Both the position numbers and the translations under genes were made by a program. 64,000 bases of DNA from an uncultured Opitutia bacterium (lineage in GTDB: Bacteria; Verrucomicrobiota; Verrucomicrobiia; Opitutales; Coraliomargaritaceae): positions 10,913 to 74,912 of the forward strand of contig CAWUII010000001.1 of the NCBI GenBank assembly GCA_963922575.1, read 5' to 3'. Below the pieces are notes generated by a model, which was not told the origin of the DNA, did not search any database, and was given only the letters and a program-made list of their open reading frames with translations. Numbering within the stretch: position 1 is the stretch's first letter; each line of letters starts with the position of its first letter. Shown here piece after piece: positions 1 to 9,336 of the stretch.

Positions 1-2328
1 GAACTGGAAACCTTTGCCCGATTTGTTGAGCAAGATCTTGTCTATCGCAGTAAAAAACCGGTTTACTGGTCGATCCCATGTGCCACTGCGCTGGCAGAAG
101 CGGAGATTGAGTATCGTCCGCACAAAAGCGTGTCTGTCTATGTAAAACTGGCGCTCTCAACCGAGGCGCTGCAGGCACTCGATATTAAACAACCCGCCTC
201 CGTGCTTATCTGGACGACGACTCCCTGGACCTTGCCGGCAAACATGGCAGTCGCCGTAAATCCGAGAGTTGACTACAGTGCGATTAAAGCGAATGGGCAC
301 GATATACTGGTAGTCGCAACCGAGCTGATTGGAGCAGTTGCCGAAGCATGTAAGCTGGAATCGGTTGAAACCGTTGCCCGGTTTACCGGTGATCAGATGC
401 AGGGGCTCGAAGCACGGCATCCCTTTATCGATCGGGCCAGTCCAATCCTCCTCGCCGATTACGTAACCACCGAAAGTGGCACTGGCTGTGTGCATACGGC
501 GCCGGGCCATGGACTGGACGACTACATAACCGGTATCAACAATGGCATTGAAGTTTACTGTCCACTGGATGACGAGGGCTGCTACGTCGATGACGGTCGA
601 ATTCCTGCCGAACTCGTTGGTCTGTCTGTTCTGGAAGAAGGATCTATCAGCGAAGCCAATAAAGGCGTCCTCAAAATAATTGCGCAAAACGGTTCGATGA
701 TTGCTAAGAAGAAGATCGAGCATAACTATCCGCATTGCTGGCGTTCCAAAACTCCCGTCGTCTTCCGCGCGATGGACCAGTGGTTTATCGCACTTGATAA
801 AGCTGGTGATCGGCAGCGTGCCCTGAACGCCTTGGATCAGGTAAAATTTATACCTGCCTGGGGTGAAAACCGCATTCGTGCAGCTGTAGAGAACCGGCCG
901 GACTGGTGTATCAGTCGACAGCGTTCCTGGGGAGTTCCAATACCGGCATTTTACGACGAAGAGGGTGAAGCCTTTATCGATGCAGATGTTATCCGTGAAG
1001 TGGCAAAAAAAGTCGCTGTATCCGGAACTGACATCTGGTTTGAGAAGACGGCATCCGAACTGCTTGAAGGAATCACTTTGCCGGAAAACTGGCCGTCTGC
1101 GGACCAGCTAAAGTGTGGCAGTGATACTCTGGACGTCTGGATTGATTCGGGTACCAGTCACCGTGCCGTGCTTCAAAAGCGTGAAAATCTAAGCTGGCCC
1201 GCCGATCTATATCTGGAGGGTAGCGATCAGCATCGTGGATGGTTTCAAAGCTCATTGTGGACGTCGGTCATCGCCGACAAGGCAGCTCCTTATAAAACCT
1301 TGTTGACCCACGGCTTTATCGTCAAAGAAGACGGCACCAAACTATCTAAAAGTGATGGAGCGTCGCGACCCTTGACAGAGTGGATAGAAACTTACGGTGC
1401 GGACATTGTGCGCCTTTGGATCTGTTCACAGGACTACCGGGGCGACGTGCCGGTGTCAGATAAGATTGTGCGTAACATCGCCAATAACTATCGCAACATT
1501 CGAAACACTCTGCGCTTTCAGATCAGCAACCTTTACGACTTTGATGCATCGACTCAAGCGGTTGCGTTCGGAGAGCTAAACGCAATTGATAAATGGGCGC
1601 TCAATGAGCTCGCCGAGCTGGTGGAAAAAGTAACCGAGGCCTATGAAGCATACGAGTTTCACCGGGCCTTCAAAGATTTTATCGATCCATTCTGTGCGAA
1701 TACGCTCTCGGCAACGTATCATGCAATCCTCAAAGACCGTCTATATACATTCGCGCCAAACCACCCCCTAAGACGTTCTTCGCAGACGGCCATCAGTATA
1801 ATTTTCAGCGTCTTTACGCGCTTGGTAGCACCTCTGATCCCACACACGGCCGATGAGGCTTGGAGCTATGCCTATCAGCAAAGCGATTTTTCAAATGAGC
1901 CAATTGCATTGACTGACTGGCCCAAGGTAAATTCTTCCTGGAAGTATCCGGAGATTGCTGAAGATATACGTGCCCTGCGCAGCTTTTTATCAGAGCAACT
2001 CAATGATGGTCTTGAGGAACTTCGTCAGAAAAAAACGATTGGCCAGAGTCTGGACGCCTGTGCAAGGATAACCGGCTCACTGCAGAACCCTGAATTTGCC
2101 AGATTGAAGCGCTACGAAAACGATCTTCCCGAGCTGTTTATCCTCTCTCAGGTAAATCTCATTGAAGATCCCGAAGCCCACGAAATCAAGATCTCCCTCG
2201 ACCACTCAGACGGGGTGCGTTGTCCGCGTTGCTGGCGCTGGGTGCCGGAACTGGTAAAAACAGATGCCTGGGGCGCGGTTTCACCACGTTGTGCTGAAGC
2301 ACTTGAAGAGCCTTTACTACATACCTAA
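1..2328 (+). CDS. ileS: isoleucyl-tRNA synthetase, 5' end cut by window edge (frame open from nt 1)
   Basis: Frame 1 is open from base 1 (ELETFARFVEQDLVYRSKKPVYWS). KMSKS-type loop GTKLSKSDG and C-terminal CPRCWRW zinc knuckle are present. An ileS...lspA neighbourhood follows. Confidence 0.95.
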   Translation, partial: ELETFARFVEQDLVYRSKKPVYWSIPCATALAEAEIEYRPHKSVSVYVKLALSTEALQALDIKQPASVLIWTTTPWTLPANMAVAVNPRVDYSAIKANGHDILVVATELIGAVAEACKLESVETVARFTGDQMQGLEARHPFIDRASPILLADYVTTESGTGCVHTAPGHGLDDYITGINNGIEVYCPLDDEGCYVDDGRIPAELVGLSVLEEGSISEANKGVLKIIAQNGSMIAKKKIEHNYPHCWRSKTPVVFRAMDQWFIALDKAGDRQRALNALDQVKFIPAWGENRIRAAVENRPDWCISRQRSWGVPIPAFYDEEGEAFIDADVIREVAKKVAVSGTDIWFEKTASELLEGITLPENWPSADQLKCGSDTLDVWIDSGTSHRAVLQKRENLSWPADLYLEGSDQHRGWFQSSLWTSVIADKAAPYKTLLTHGFIVKEDGTKLSKSDGASRPLTEWIETYGADIVRLWICSQDYRGDVPVSDKIVRNIANNYRNIRNTLRFQISNLYDFDASTQAVAFGELNAIDKWALNELAELVEKVTEAYEAYEFHRAFKDFIDPFCANTLSATYHAILKDRLYTFAPNHPLRRSSQTAISIIFSVFTRLVAPLIPHTADEAWSYAYQQSDFSNEPIALTDWPKVNSSWKYPEIAEDIRALRSFLSEQLNDGLEELRQKKTIGQSLDACARITGSLQNPEFARLKRYENDLPELFILSQVNLIEDPEAHEIKISLDHSDGVRCPRCWRWVPELVKTDAWGAVSPRCAEALEEPLLHT

Positions 2329-2349
2329 ACCAACCATCCAAATTCACTC

Positions 2350-3189
2350 ATGACAAAAAAAAGTACCAAAACGACGGCCAAAAAACCAACCAGGAAAAAA
2401 GCTGTTAAAAAAGAAATCGTGGAAAAAGTATCGACCAACGATGGTCAGCCAGCAGCAAAAAAGGCTTTGGTGTCGAGAGACACGAGCGCCAGCGAAAAGA
2501 AATCAGGACGGATTGCATTTTCTATCGATGATATAGAAGCGCTCGTCTCAACACGTAAGATATCTGAAGAGGTAGAAGCGCCAAAAAAGGTTGCCAAAAA
2601 GAAGACGAAAGTGGTTGAGAAAAAGGTTGTTGTCGAAGAAGCGCCTGCTGAGAAGCGTGTTTTGGGGGCAGCCTCACTTTCCGATATTCTGGGATTTAAC
2701 CCTGCAGAAAAACAAACGTCGACTTCTCTGGAAGAAACATCGGTTCCTAAGAAATGGAAAAAATACTACAAATTGCTGATAGAACTGCGTGAGCATCTCA
2801 GCGAAGAAATCAGCCTGCATACCTCGGATACATTACAGCATAATCTGGACGATCATGCCGGTGATCGAAAGCTGGAAGATGATGCCGGTACTGATGCGTT
2901 TGACCGCGATTTTGCGCTGAGTCTGGTCTCCAGTGAACAAGAGGCTCTGAATGAAATCGAAGAAGCTCTGCTCAGGATCAAGCAGGGCACCTATGGTACC
3001 TGTGAAGTTATCGGTAAACCTATAAGTAAAGATCGACTGACCGCAGTACCCTTCACGCGCTACTCGGTTGAGGGACAACTTGAGTTTGAGAAAAATAATC
3101 GTCGTAAGGTAGATCGGACTGCGGTCGGACTTTTTGCGGACGGTAACGACTCGCCCAAAATTGCTTCAGATGATGAAGATGATAGTTGA
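2350..3189 (+). CDS. DksA/TraR-family protein with Lys-rich N-terminal extension and degenerate zinc finger
   Basis: The C-terminus (EALLRIKQGTYGTCEVIGKPISKDRLTAVPFTRYSVEGQ) matches the DksA/TraR finger region, but only one of the four Cys is present. The N-terminal ~110 aa is K/A/E-rich. Confidence 0.6.
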   Translation: MTKKSTKTTAKKPTRKKAVKKEIVEKVSTNDGQPAAKKALVSRDTSASEKKSGRIAFSIDDIEALVSTRKISEEVEAPKKVAKKKTKVVEKKVVVEEAPAEKRVLGAASLSDILGFNPAEKQTSTSLEETSVPKKWKKYYKLLIELREHLSEEISLHTSDTLQHNLDDHAGDRKLEDDAGTDAFDRDFALSLVSSEQEALNEIEEALLRIKQGTYGTCEVIGKPISKDRLTAVPFTRYSVEGQLEFEKNNRRKVDRTAVGLFADGNDSPKIASDDEDDS

Positions 3190-3224
3190 GAGAACACTTA
3201 ACTATCTAAATATTTCTTCAGATT

Positions 3225-3782
3225 TTGAACTCAAAAGCAAAGAAAACTAAGTACATTCACTTGTTTGTAACAGCAGCAATTGTATTGCTACTTGATCAGC
3301 TTACAAAGATTTGGATTGTTAAAAACCTTGCGTTTAGCAGTTACTTTTACCCTCAGGATTCAGATGTAATTGAGGTCATCAAAGGGTTTTTCTACATCGT
3401 TCACATTGGAAATGAAGGTGCGGCCTGGGGTATGTTCTCAGGACACAGCGAAATTCTGGCGCTTTTTACGCTAGTTGCTTTGGCTGCAATCTATAAATTT
3501 CGTCATAGTCTTGAGTTATGTCGAAAACCGGTACAAGTGGCATTTGGTATGCTCATTGGTGGAGCGATTGGCAATCTGATCGACCGCATATTATACGGCC
3601 ATGTTGTTGATTTCCTCGATTTTCATCTTGGCTTCACAATACCCTGGATACTTCCAAATAGTCGTTATCCGGCATTTAATATAGCGGACAGCGGTATTGT
3701 TGTAGGTGTATTTATCTACCTGCTAACCGGTTTGCTTTACTCCAGATCAGAAGAAGAAAGAGATTCGAAAAAAGGGTCATGA
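3225..3782 (+). CDS. lspA: lipoprotein signal peptidase II (TTG start)
   Basis: Four hydrophobic segments, GNEGAAWGMF and FNIADSGIVVG motifs with the conserved Asp residues, and position downstream of ileS. Confidence 0.85.
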   Translation: MNSKAKKTKYIHLFVTAAIVLLLDQLTKIWIVKNLAFSSYFYPQDSDVIEVIKGFFYIVHIGNEGAAWGMFSGHSEILALFTLVALAAIYKFRHSLELCRKPVQVAFGMLIGGAIGNLIDRILYGHVVDFLDFHLGFTIPWILPNSRYPAFNIADSGIVVGVFIYLLTGLLYSRSEEERDSKKGS

Positions 3783-4465
3783 AGCAAGAAGCTTTCAGTA
3801 TGGCTCCGGACAATCCAAGTTTGGTTGTCGATGGGAGTAGCGTTTCAACGTTTGTCGGGCTGCTGGGGACGGATGACAAGTGGGTATCACAGGTTTGTCA
3901 GGAATGTGCCCCGCTCGAAGGTCTTTTCCCCTCAGTTGAGAAAACGCTGAATGCCGTGCAATTCCCTATTTCTGAAATTAAGAACTTTATCTATTGTGAA
4001 GGGCCAGGTTCTGTTCTGGGCCTTCGGCTCTGTGCAATGGCGATTCATACATGGGGATGTCTGTGTGAGCCAACGGCTCACTATTTTTCCTACAACAGCC
4101 TAGAGCTAAGCGCTCAGCTAGTTGTCCTGGATAATCCAAATATGAATCAAGCACTATTGATATCTGACTGGAAAAAAGATGCGTGGAATTCGATTGTAAT
4201 CAGAAAAGGCCGATCTGGATGTGTTGTCAAAATGGACGATCGGGCGGTCAATAACTGGAAGGATGGGCCTCTTTTTTATCTTCCTCAACGCAAGGGCTGG
4301 CAGGAAATTCCTGAAAAAGCAATTACACTTGAATACAGTCCACAGCGCTTGCCTGAGGCCATGCATTTATTGAAAAAGACGAAAAAAATTGAACTTTATA
4401 CCACAAATATGAATGTATTTCAGAAATGGATCCCGCAACGTCATCGCTTGTCCGACGGATCGTGA
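3779..4465 (+). CDS. TsaB-like (M22 glycoprotease-fold) protein, divergent
   Basis: ATGA overlap with the lspA stop. N-terminal LVVDGSS...FVGLL and EGPGSVLGLRLCAMAIHTW resemble the TsaB/YeaZ GPGSFTGLRIG region. Confidence 0.5.
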   Translation: MKQEAFSMAPDNPSLVVDGSSVSTFVGLLGTDDKWVSQVCQECAPLEGLFPSVEKTLNAVQFPISEIKNFIYCEGPGSVLGLRLCAMAIHTWGCLCEPTAHYFSYNSLELSAQLVVLDNPNMNQALLISDWKKDAWNSIVIRKGRSGCVVKMDDRAVNNWKDGPLFYLPQRKGWQEIPEKAITLEYSPQRLPEAMHLLKKTKKIELYTTNMNVFQKWIPQRHRLSDGS

Positions 4466-4503
4466 TCCGATTCTTCTCAATACTCCCTTAAACAATTAAA
4501 ACT

Positions 4504-5628
4504 TTGCAACATCGCTGCTGGGCTGAAATAGACCTCTCTGCATTTGAGCGCAACTTGAAGCGCATCCAGGCTGCATTGCCGTCAACTGTAAGCTACATGT
4601 CGGTCGTAAAAGCCGATGCCTACGGACATGGCATGCCGCAGATGGTTCGTCGACTGATGCAATGTGGCGTTGATCACTTCGCCGTAGCCAATGTCCGTGA
4701 AGCGGCTGAAATTCGCCATATGGGAAAAGGATGGCCAATTTTGATCCTTGGACCACTGCTACCCGAGGAAGACCACTATCTTATCGATTACGATTTGATT
4801 GGGACCTTAAGTACTATCGAAGAAGCGCGGCGTCTCAATGCGATGGGTGAGCAACGGAATGCAAACGTGACGGTGCACCTCAAGGTCGATACCGGGATGG
4901 GGCGTCTAGGTGTATGGCATGAACACGCCCTACAAATGGTTGAAGTGATCAAGCGTCAACCGCGACTTGTCTTAAAGGGCATTTACACTCACTTTTCAAG
5001 CGCGGATAACGATCCTGGTTTTACGCAGCTTCAGCGTGAGCGGTTTCTGAATTTGCTGAAACACGTTGAGACGGATGCATTATTGATTCATGCCGATAAT
5101 TCGGCCAGCTTAGGCTCGCTGAGCGGGAACAGTCCGTTTAATGCAGTTCGTGTCGGACTGCTGCAGCTTGGTATCCAGCCTTATCCCGACTCAGTGTTGG
5201 GCCACGTTGAGGTAGAACCTATTTTCAGTTTTTACACTCGTGTAGGTATTGTAAAAGATTTACCCAAAGGAAGCTATATTAGTTATGGGAAGAGTTTTTG
5301 TCTGGAACGCGATTCGAAAATTGCTGTGCTTACGGCAGGGTATGCCGATGGAATACCGATTTCACTGAGCAACCGGGGGAGCGTTCTCATCGAAGGACAA
5401 CACTGTCCTATCATTGGCCGCGTCACGATGGATCAGACGATTGTCGATATTACTGAATTGAGAGCAGACATTCAGTCCGGTGATCGTGCTACTTTTATCG
5501 GGAAAGACAAACAATCTGAGATAACGGCATCCACTTTAAGCAGAACTGCTGGAACCATCCCATGGGAGGTTCTTTGCTCAATTACGAAACGTGTGGAGCG
5601 GGTATACGTCGGTCCTAGAGATATTTGA
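4504..5628 (+). CDS. alr: alanine racemase (TTG start)
   Basis: PLP-lysine motif [11 protein letters not shown], mid-region YTHFSSAD, and C-terminal GRVTMDQ; length 374 aa. Confidence 0.9.
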   Translation: MQHRCWAEIDLSAFERNLKRIQAALPSTVSYMSVVKADAYGHGMPQMVRRLMQCGVDHFAVANVREAAEIRHMGKGWPILILGPLLPEEDHYLIDYDLIGTLSTIEEARRLNAMGEQRNANVTVHLKVDTGMGRLGVWHEHALQMVEVIKRQPRLVLKGIYTHFSSADNDPGFTQLQRERFLNLLKHVETDALLIHADNSASLGSLSGNSPFNAVRVGLLQLGIQPYPDSVLGHVEVEPIFSFYTRVGIVKDLPKGSYISYGKSFCLERDSKIAVLTAGYADGIPISLSNRGSVLIEGQHCPIIGRVTMDQTIVDITELRADIQSGDRATFIGKDKQSEITASTLSRTAGTIPWEVLCSITKRVERVYVGPRDI

Positions 5629-5657
5629 AGTATACAGGTAAAAAATCAGACGTTGGC

Positions 5658-6614
5658 CTATTTTTTAAATAGATTCGACATCTTCTTAAACAGACCATTC
5701 GTGGTTTTACCTGTGTCGTCACGCAGATAAATTATCGAAAGCGCAATCGCAACGCGTTCGATTGCAGCATCGTTAATCGGTAGAAAGTAGCGCTCAATTG
5801 ATTCGGTCGAATGGCAAAGCTGTTTGAGCTCATTGGTTTGCTCTCCAAACCAGGAGCAAAGTTCATTGAAACGGACTGCAATTACCTTTAACAAAGTTTC
5901 CAGATTTTTAGGGGCAGTTGCTTCTCTGGCTGAACTTTCTGAATCCGCAAGAGGTATTCCGGCTTGGACGAGTAATTCGATCCGAGCAGATTTATCGATA
6001 TCACGAACCAGTAAGCCGATGGCTTCAGGCAGGTGCAGGCCAGACTGTCCGCTTCTTAGTGGAAGATGCTTGCGGATTGTAGTTTCATTGATGAGTACAA
6101 GGCTGTTAATAAAGCTGTAAAGGTCATTATCCATTTCTGATTTAGCCGATGAGCGATTTCCAAAATGAATGGCTTCAATTAACGTTTTGATGCCGTTACT
6201 GTGTAACAACTCTTTTGTTTTATGAGAAAAGGACATTAACCCGACTGGATAATTTTCAGAAACTCCCAGTTTTTTCAAAATATCTTCATAAATGCGATTT
6301 TCACCGCTCTTTTTCTCAACAGTATCCATCATGTTGGAGAATGGATCATCAAATGCGAGAATCTCTCTAAGTACGTCCATCAGGTCATTGACACGCTTCT
6401 TTTTGCCAATCAGCCCAGGAACGGATTGAAGCTCCTCAAAGCTGAAACTTATGTATTTCTCGGGAGTTTCACCACTGCCTTTGAATGGCCATGAGATTCC
6501 GACACTTCTACCTAATTCAGCGAGCTCTGTTGTTTTTAATATAGAATTGGAGAAACGCTTGCGAAAGTGTTCCCATTCTTGAGCAGAATATTTCTCAGGT
6601 GTTTCGGAGGCCAT
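5658..6614 (-). CDS. hypothetical protein with possible helix-hairpin-helix motifs
   Basis: 318-aa ORF with no competing frame. Segments LQSVPGLIGKKKRVNDLMDVL and KTKELLHSNGIKTLIEAI resemble HhH / RpoA-CTD-like motifs. Confidence 0.55.
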   Translation of the reverse strand: MASETPEKYSAQEWEHFRKRFSNSILKTTELAELGRSVGISWPFKGSGETPEKYISFSFEELQSVPGLIGKKKRVNDLMDVLREILAFDDPFSNMMDTVEKKSGENRIYEDILKKLGVSENYPVGLMSFSHKTKELLHSNGIKTLIEAIHFGNRSSAKSEMDNDLYSFINSLVLINETTIRKHLPLRSGQSGLHLPEAIGLLVRDIDKSARIELLVQAGIPLADSESSAREATAPKNLETLLKVIAVRFNELCSWFGEQTNELKQLCHSTESIERYFLPINDAAIERVAIALSIIYLRDDTGKTTNGLFKKMSNLFKK

Positions 6615-6732
6615 GATTAACTTTCGGTTATGTTTGTTTAGATTGTTAAGCTTCGTAATGACTGGTAATTAGTATTATTCAAAAAGACTTAAAAGGCAGA
6701 AGATGGATCTTGTAAATCGTAATTAGTGGCAT

Positions 6733-6762
6733 AAAAAAACCCTTCCATTCAACTTGGAAGGG
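6733..6762 (-). terminator. rho-independent terminator after the small basic protein gene
   Basis: 8-bp stem CCCTTCCA/TGGAAGGG (6740-6747 / 6755-6762), followed on the minus strand by a T7 run (6733-6739). Confidence 0.6.
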
Positions 6763-6787
6763 TTGGGAAAATAAAAAAGTGAGAATG

Positions 6788-6942
6788 TTACTCAGATTTG
6801 GTTTTTTTTAGACCGACGACGGAGTCGCCTTCTTTCCACTCGCCACGTTCGCGAAGTAGATCAACGCGTTCAAAACGTTTCAGAACGGTTCTGTTCTTTT
6901 TGCCACCGCCTGAGCTGGCGCTAAAACTGTTGTGTTGAGACA
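6788..6942 (-). pseudogene. PVC-type small basic protein gene, frame broken at an A4 run (sequencing error, -1 frameshift, or pseudogene)
   Basis: The ATG at 6942 reads MSQHNSFSASSGGGK, then hits a stop after 20 codons. The -1 frame continues KNRTVLKRFERVDLLRERGEWKEGDSVVGLKKTKSE to the stop at 6788. One extra A at 6897-6900 would give a 51-aa basic protein. Confidence 0.45.
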
Positions 6943-7190
6943 TAACTAATTAATTAATAAAAAGGTAAAACATTAGGTGAAATTAGAAGAAATCAAGCCT
7001 TAATGTGAATTACTTTTAAAATTGGGGTAATTTCATTTTGTAGTGACGAAATCCAGACTGAAATCATCACAGGCCTCGATTTGTAATACTTCTCTGAAAA
7101 TATGTACCGAATCTGGGTTAGGGTGATACCGGCGCGGTACAAGTGCTAGTCAATAAAACACGGATCTGTAGGAAAATTGAATCCTTGGTA

Positions 7191-7661
7191 TCAACCGCCC
7201 GAATTTTTTAGTTTATCCCATCTATGTACAACTAGGCCTCTACCGTCTGATGAGTGAGGATCCAGATATCTGTAAAGCCATTCTATTTTTTCGTATGACA
7301 AAGAAATGCTATCGGTTGCACTATCTTCCCCACTTAGACTGTAACTCTTGCACCTGACTCCTCTAATGATACATTCAAGGATAATGGTATTCACTGAACT
7401 TGTGGCATTTTGGTTACATATGTGAATTGTTCCCTTGTCGAATCTTGTGAGATTGCAAGTCGCAAGTGCTAGTTTGGGTGAAGATCTGTCAATGTGTTTG
7501 GATATTTCCATTTCGGAGAGTTCACATGCACCACTTGCCTCATCATCACTAGGGGCTGAAATAGAGCAGCTGAAGCTGTCCAGAACGATCCAGTTCATGT
7601 GAAATGATTCGATGCATTCACCCATTATGGAGTCCAACCTCATGTATATTTCGTGTGCCAT
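7191..7661 (-). CDS. divergent Hcp-like (T6SS tube protein family) paralog, Cys-rich
   Basis: MAHEIYMRLDSIMGE...NWIVLDSFSCSIS aligns with the Hcp N-terminus. ISKHIDRSSPKLALATC matches the Hcp FxKxxDKSSPxL block, and SISLSYEKIEW matches the C-terminal block. Confidence 0.65.
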   Translation of the reverse strand: MAHEIYMRLDSIMGECIESFHMNWIVLDSFSCSISAPSDDEASGACELSEMEISKHIDRSSPKLALATCNLTRFDKGTIHICNQNATSSVNTIILECIIRGVRCKSYSLSGEDSATDSISLSYEKIEWLYRYLDPHSSDGRGLVVHRWDKLKNSGG

Positions 7662-7753
7662 CTTTTAGTTTTTTCTAGAGAATAATTTATGTAAATTAGT
7701 AAACTCGGTTAAAATAAGAAATCATGTGATTGATTACCAACGTTTTACGCTTA

Positions 7754-8239
7754 TCAACTTGCGCCTTTTGTGCGGTCATATTGATCTCCTCCAACTTGAA
7801 CGCCTTTTTCATTTTTAAGAGTCCACTCGATTACACCAAACTGCAATGTGAAGCTCTCCGTTGGATATCCGCCGCCTCCGTTTAAAGAATAACTTTCTAT
7901 AAAAACATCTTTAAGCTCAAATGTCAGGTAGTCCTTAAGCCCATTTGAGGCTACTAGTTGGCCACCAGGGCGGCAAAAACGAACAAAACAACCGCCTTCT
8001 ATGGGCTTACGTTTACAAGCATAGTCCAAAAGTTTGGCTGTAGATTTATCAACTTTTTTGCTGAACGATATAGAGCTTACATCTGTGCCTTGATGTCCCT
8101 GTTCCCCAGTTGTTGAGCGAGCATCTACTTTGCTTGATACATTAAAACTGAAACTAGATACTTCAATGTGACCTGCATGTCCTGCATCGTCGGCATCTCC
8201 TTCAATACCTTTAAGCTCTAAAAAAATATCTTGTCCCAT
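7754..8239 (-). CDS. hcp: Hcp family protein (type VI secretion tube protein-like)
   Basis: DIFLELKGIEGDADDAGHAGHIEVSSFSFNVSS, SFSKKVDKSTAKLLDYAC and PTESFTLQFGVIEW match canonical Hcp1 blocks; 161 aa. Confidence 0.85.
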   Translation of the reverse strand: MGQDIFLELKGIEGDADDAGHAGHIEVSSFSFNVSSKVDARSTTGEQGHQGTDVSSISFSKKVDKSTAKLLDYACKRKPIEGGCFVRFCRPGGQLVASNGLKDYLTFELKDVFIESYSLNGGGGYPTESFTLQFGVIEWTLKNEKGVQVGGDQYDRTKGAS

Positions 8240-8342
8240 TATTTATTTAAATTAAATTTTGAAGTTATAAATACAGGTTATATGTCTCATATATAAAATT
8301 TTTATTGGCAACATTAAAATTTATTTTTATTACAATTTAAAT

Positions 8343-9242
8343 CTAGTCAGCTAAAGGATCCAATCCCAATTGTTTACGCAAATTCCGGTCGCTAGGAGTG
8401 TTTTTTAACCAATACTCGCTGTTAATTATTCGGTCTTTAAGCACAGCTTGTGTCGTTCCTTGTGGGGACGTTTCCTCCCAGGCACGTATTATGTGTGGGA
8501 AATCAGAATCAAACGTGATTTTTAGAGATGTTTGAAGCTCAGGGTAGGTTAAGGTGTATATGCTTTGATCGGAGTTGTACTCCAATTTTCCAATCGCTCT
8601 GTGCGATTGTATGGGGCGGTGTGCAAAACGGGTCGTAACTGCGCCTGGAATCACCGTAGTTGAACCGATCGGTAATTTGCTGGGATCAAGACGTATCAAT
8701 AGCCAAAGTTCATCCTCGAGCCAGCTTTTCTCAACTCTGTAATTTTGATCACCTTCTTTTTCGAAGTAAGAGCATAGCTTGATTTTCCAGCCTGCATCTT
8801 TCCAATTGATTTGTTGAAAGGATTGTCCGCACCAGTCCTGAACAGATGTTGTTGTTTTGAGGGCATGCGGAAAGCGTTCCAGATCAATCGGTTTGAAAGT
8901 GCTGGTCATCGTGCGGTAGCTGTAAATGCCCGTGTTAAATGTCCGTAGTGCATTTAGTTTCAACACATCCGTTGAGGGTTTTCCGCCAGTTTCGTTTTTG
9001 ACCTGTGGTCCTGTTAGAAAAGGTTCGGTGACAAAAATGAATTCAACATGGCCCGGGTGCTGATGACCATATCTCGTCTGGTTCAAAGCGTAATGATTGA
9101 TTTCCGCACCACTGAACCAAAATTCACGAATGGATTGGATATTGATCGCACCGACAGTTGTGTTCAAGAAGAGCACGTTAACAAGTGTAAGTAAGACGGG
9201 TAAACATTTCATCAAGTGAGTAAATCTATGTTCGTGAATCAT
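8343..9242 (-). CDS. secreted hypothetical protein (a likelier start is 9212, [16 protein letters not shown]...)
   Basis: 299-aa ORF with an N-terminal signal-like hydrophobic segment. I recognise no family. It lies upstream of the Hcp pair on the same strand. Confidence 0.65.
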   Translation of the reverse strand: MIHEHRFTHLMKCLPVLLTLVNVLFLNTTVGAINIQSIREFWFSGAEINHYALNQTRYGHQHPGHVEFIFVTEPFLTGPQVKNETGGKPSTDVLKLNALRTFNTGIYSYRTMTSTFKPIDLERFPHALKTTTSVQDWCGQSFQQINWKDAGWKIKLCSYFEKEGDQNYRVEKSWLEDELWLLIRLDPSKLPIGSTTVIPGAVTTRFAHRPIQSHRAIGKLEYNSDQSIYTLTYPELQTSLKITFDSDFPHIIRAWEETSPQGTTQAVLKDRIINSEYWLKNTPSDRNLRKQLGLDPLAD

Positions 9243-9336
9243 TCAATTTACAGGTAGTAAAAATATATTCGATACGCGTCGATTTTTTGCCTCACTTGAC
9301 ATTTACTCGTTAAAGATAAGCGTCACAAAAAGCTCT

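Noticed and set aside
7191-9242. A complete type VI secretion locus.
   Set aside because: Only Hcp-family genes are present. No TssB/C, VgrG, TssM or ClpV-like ORFs exist in the window.
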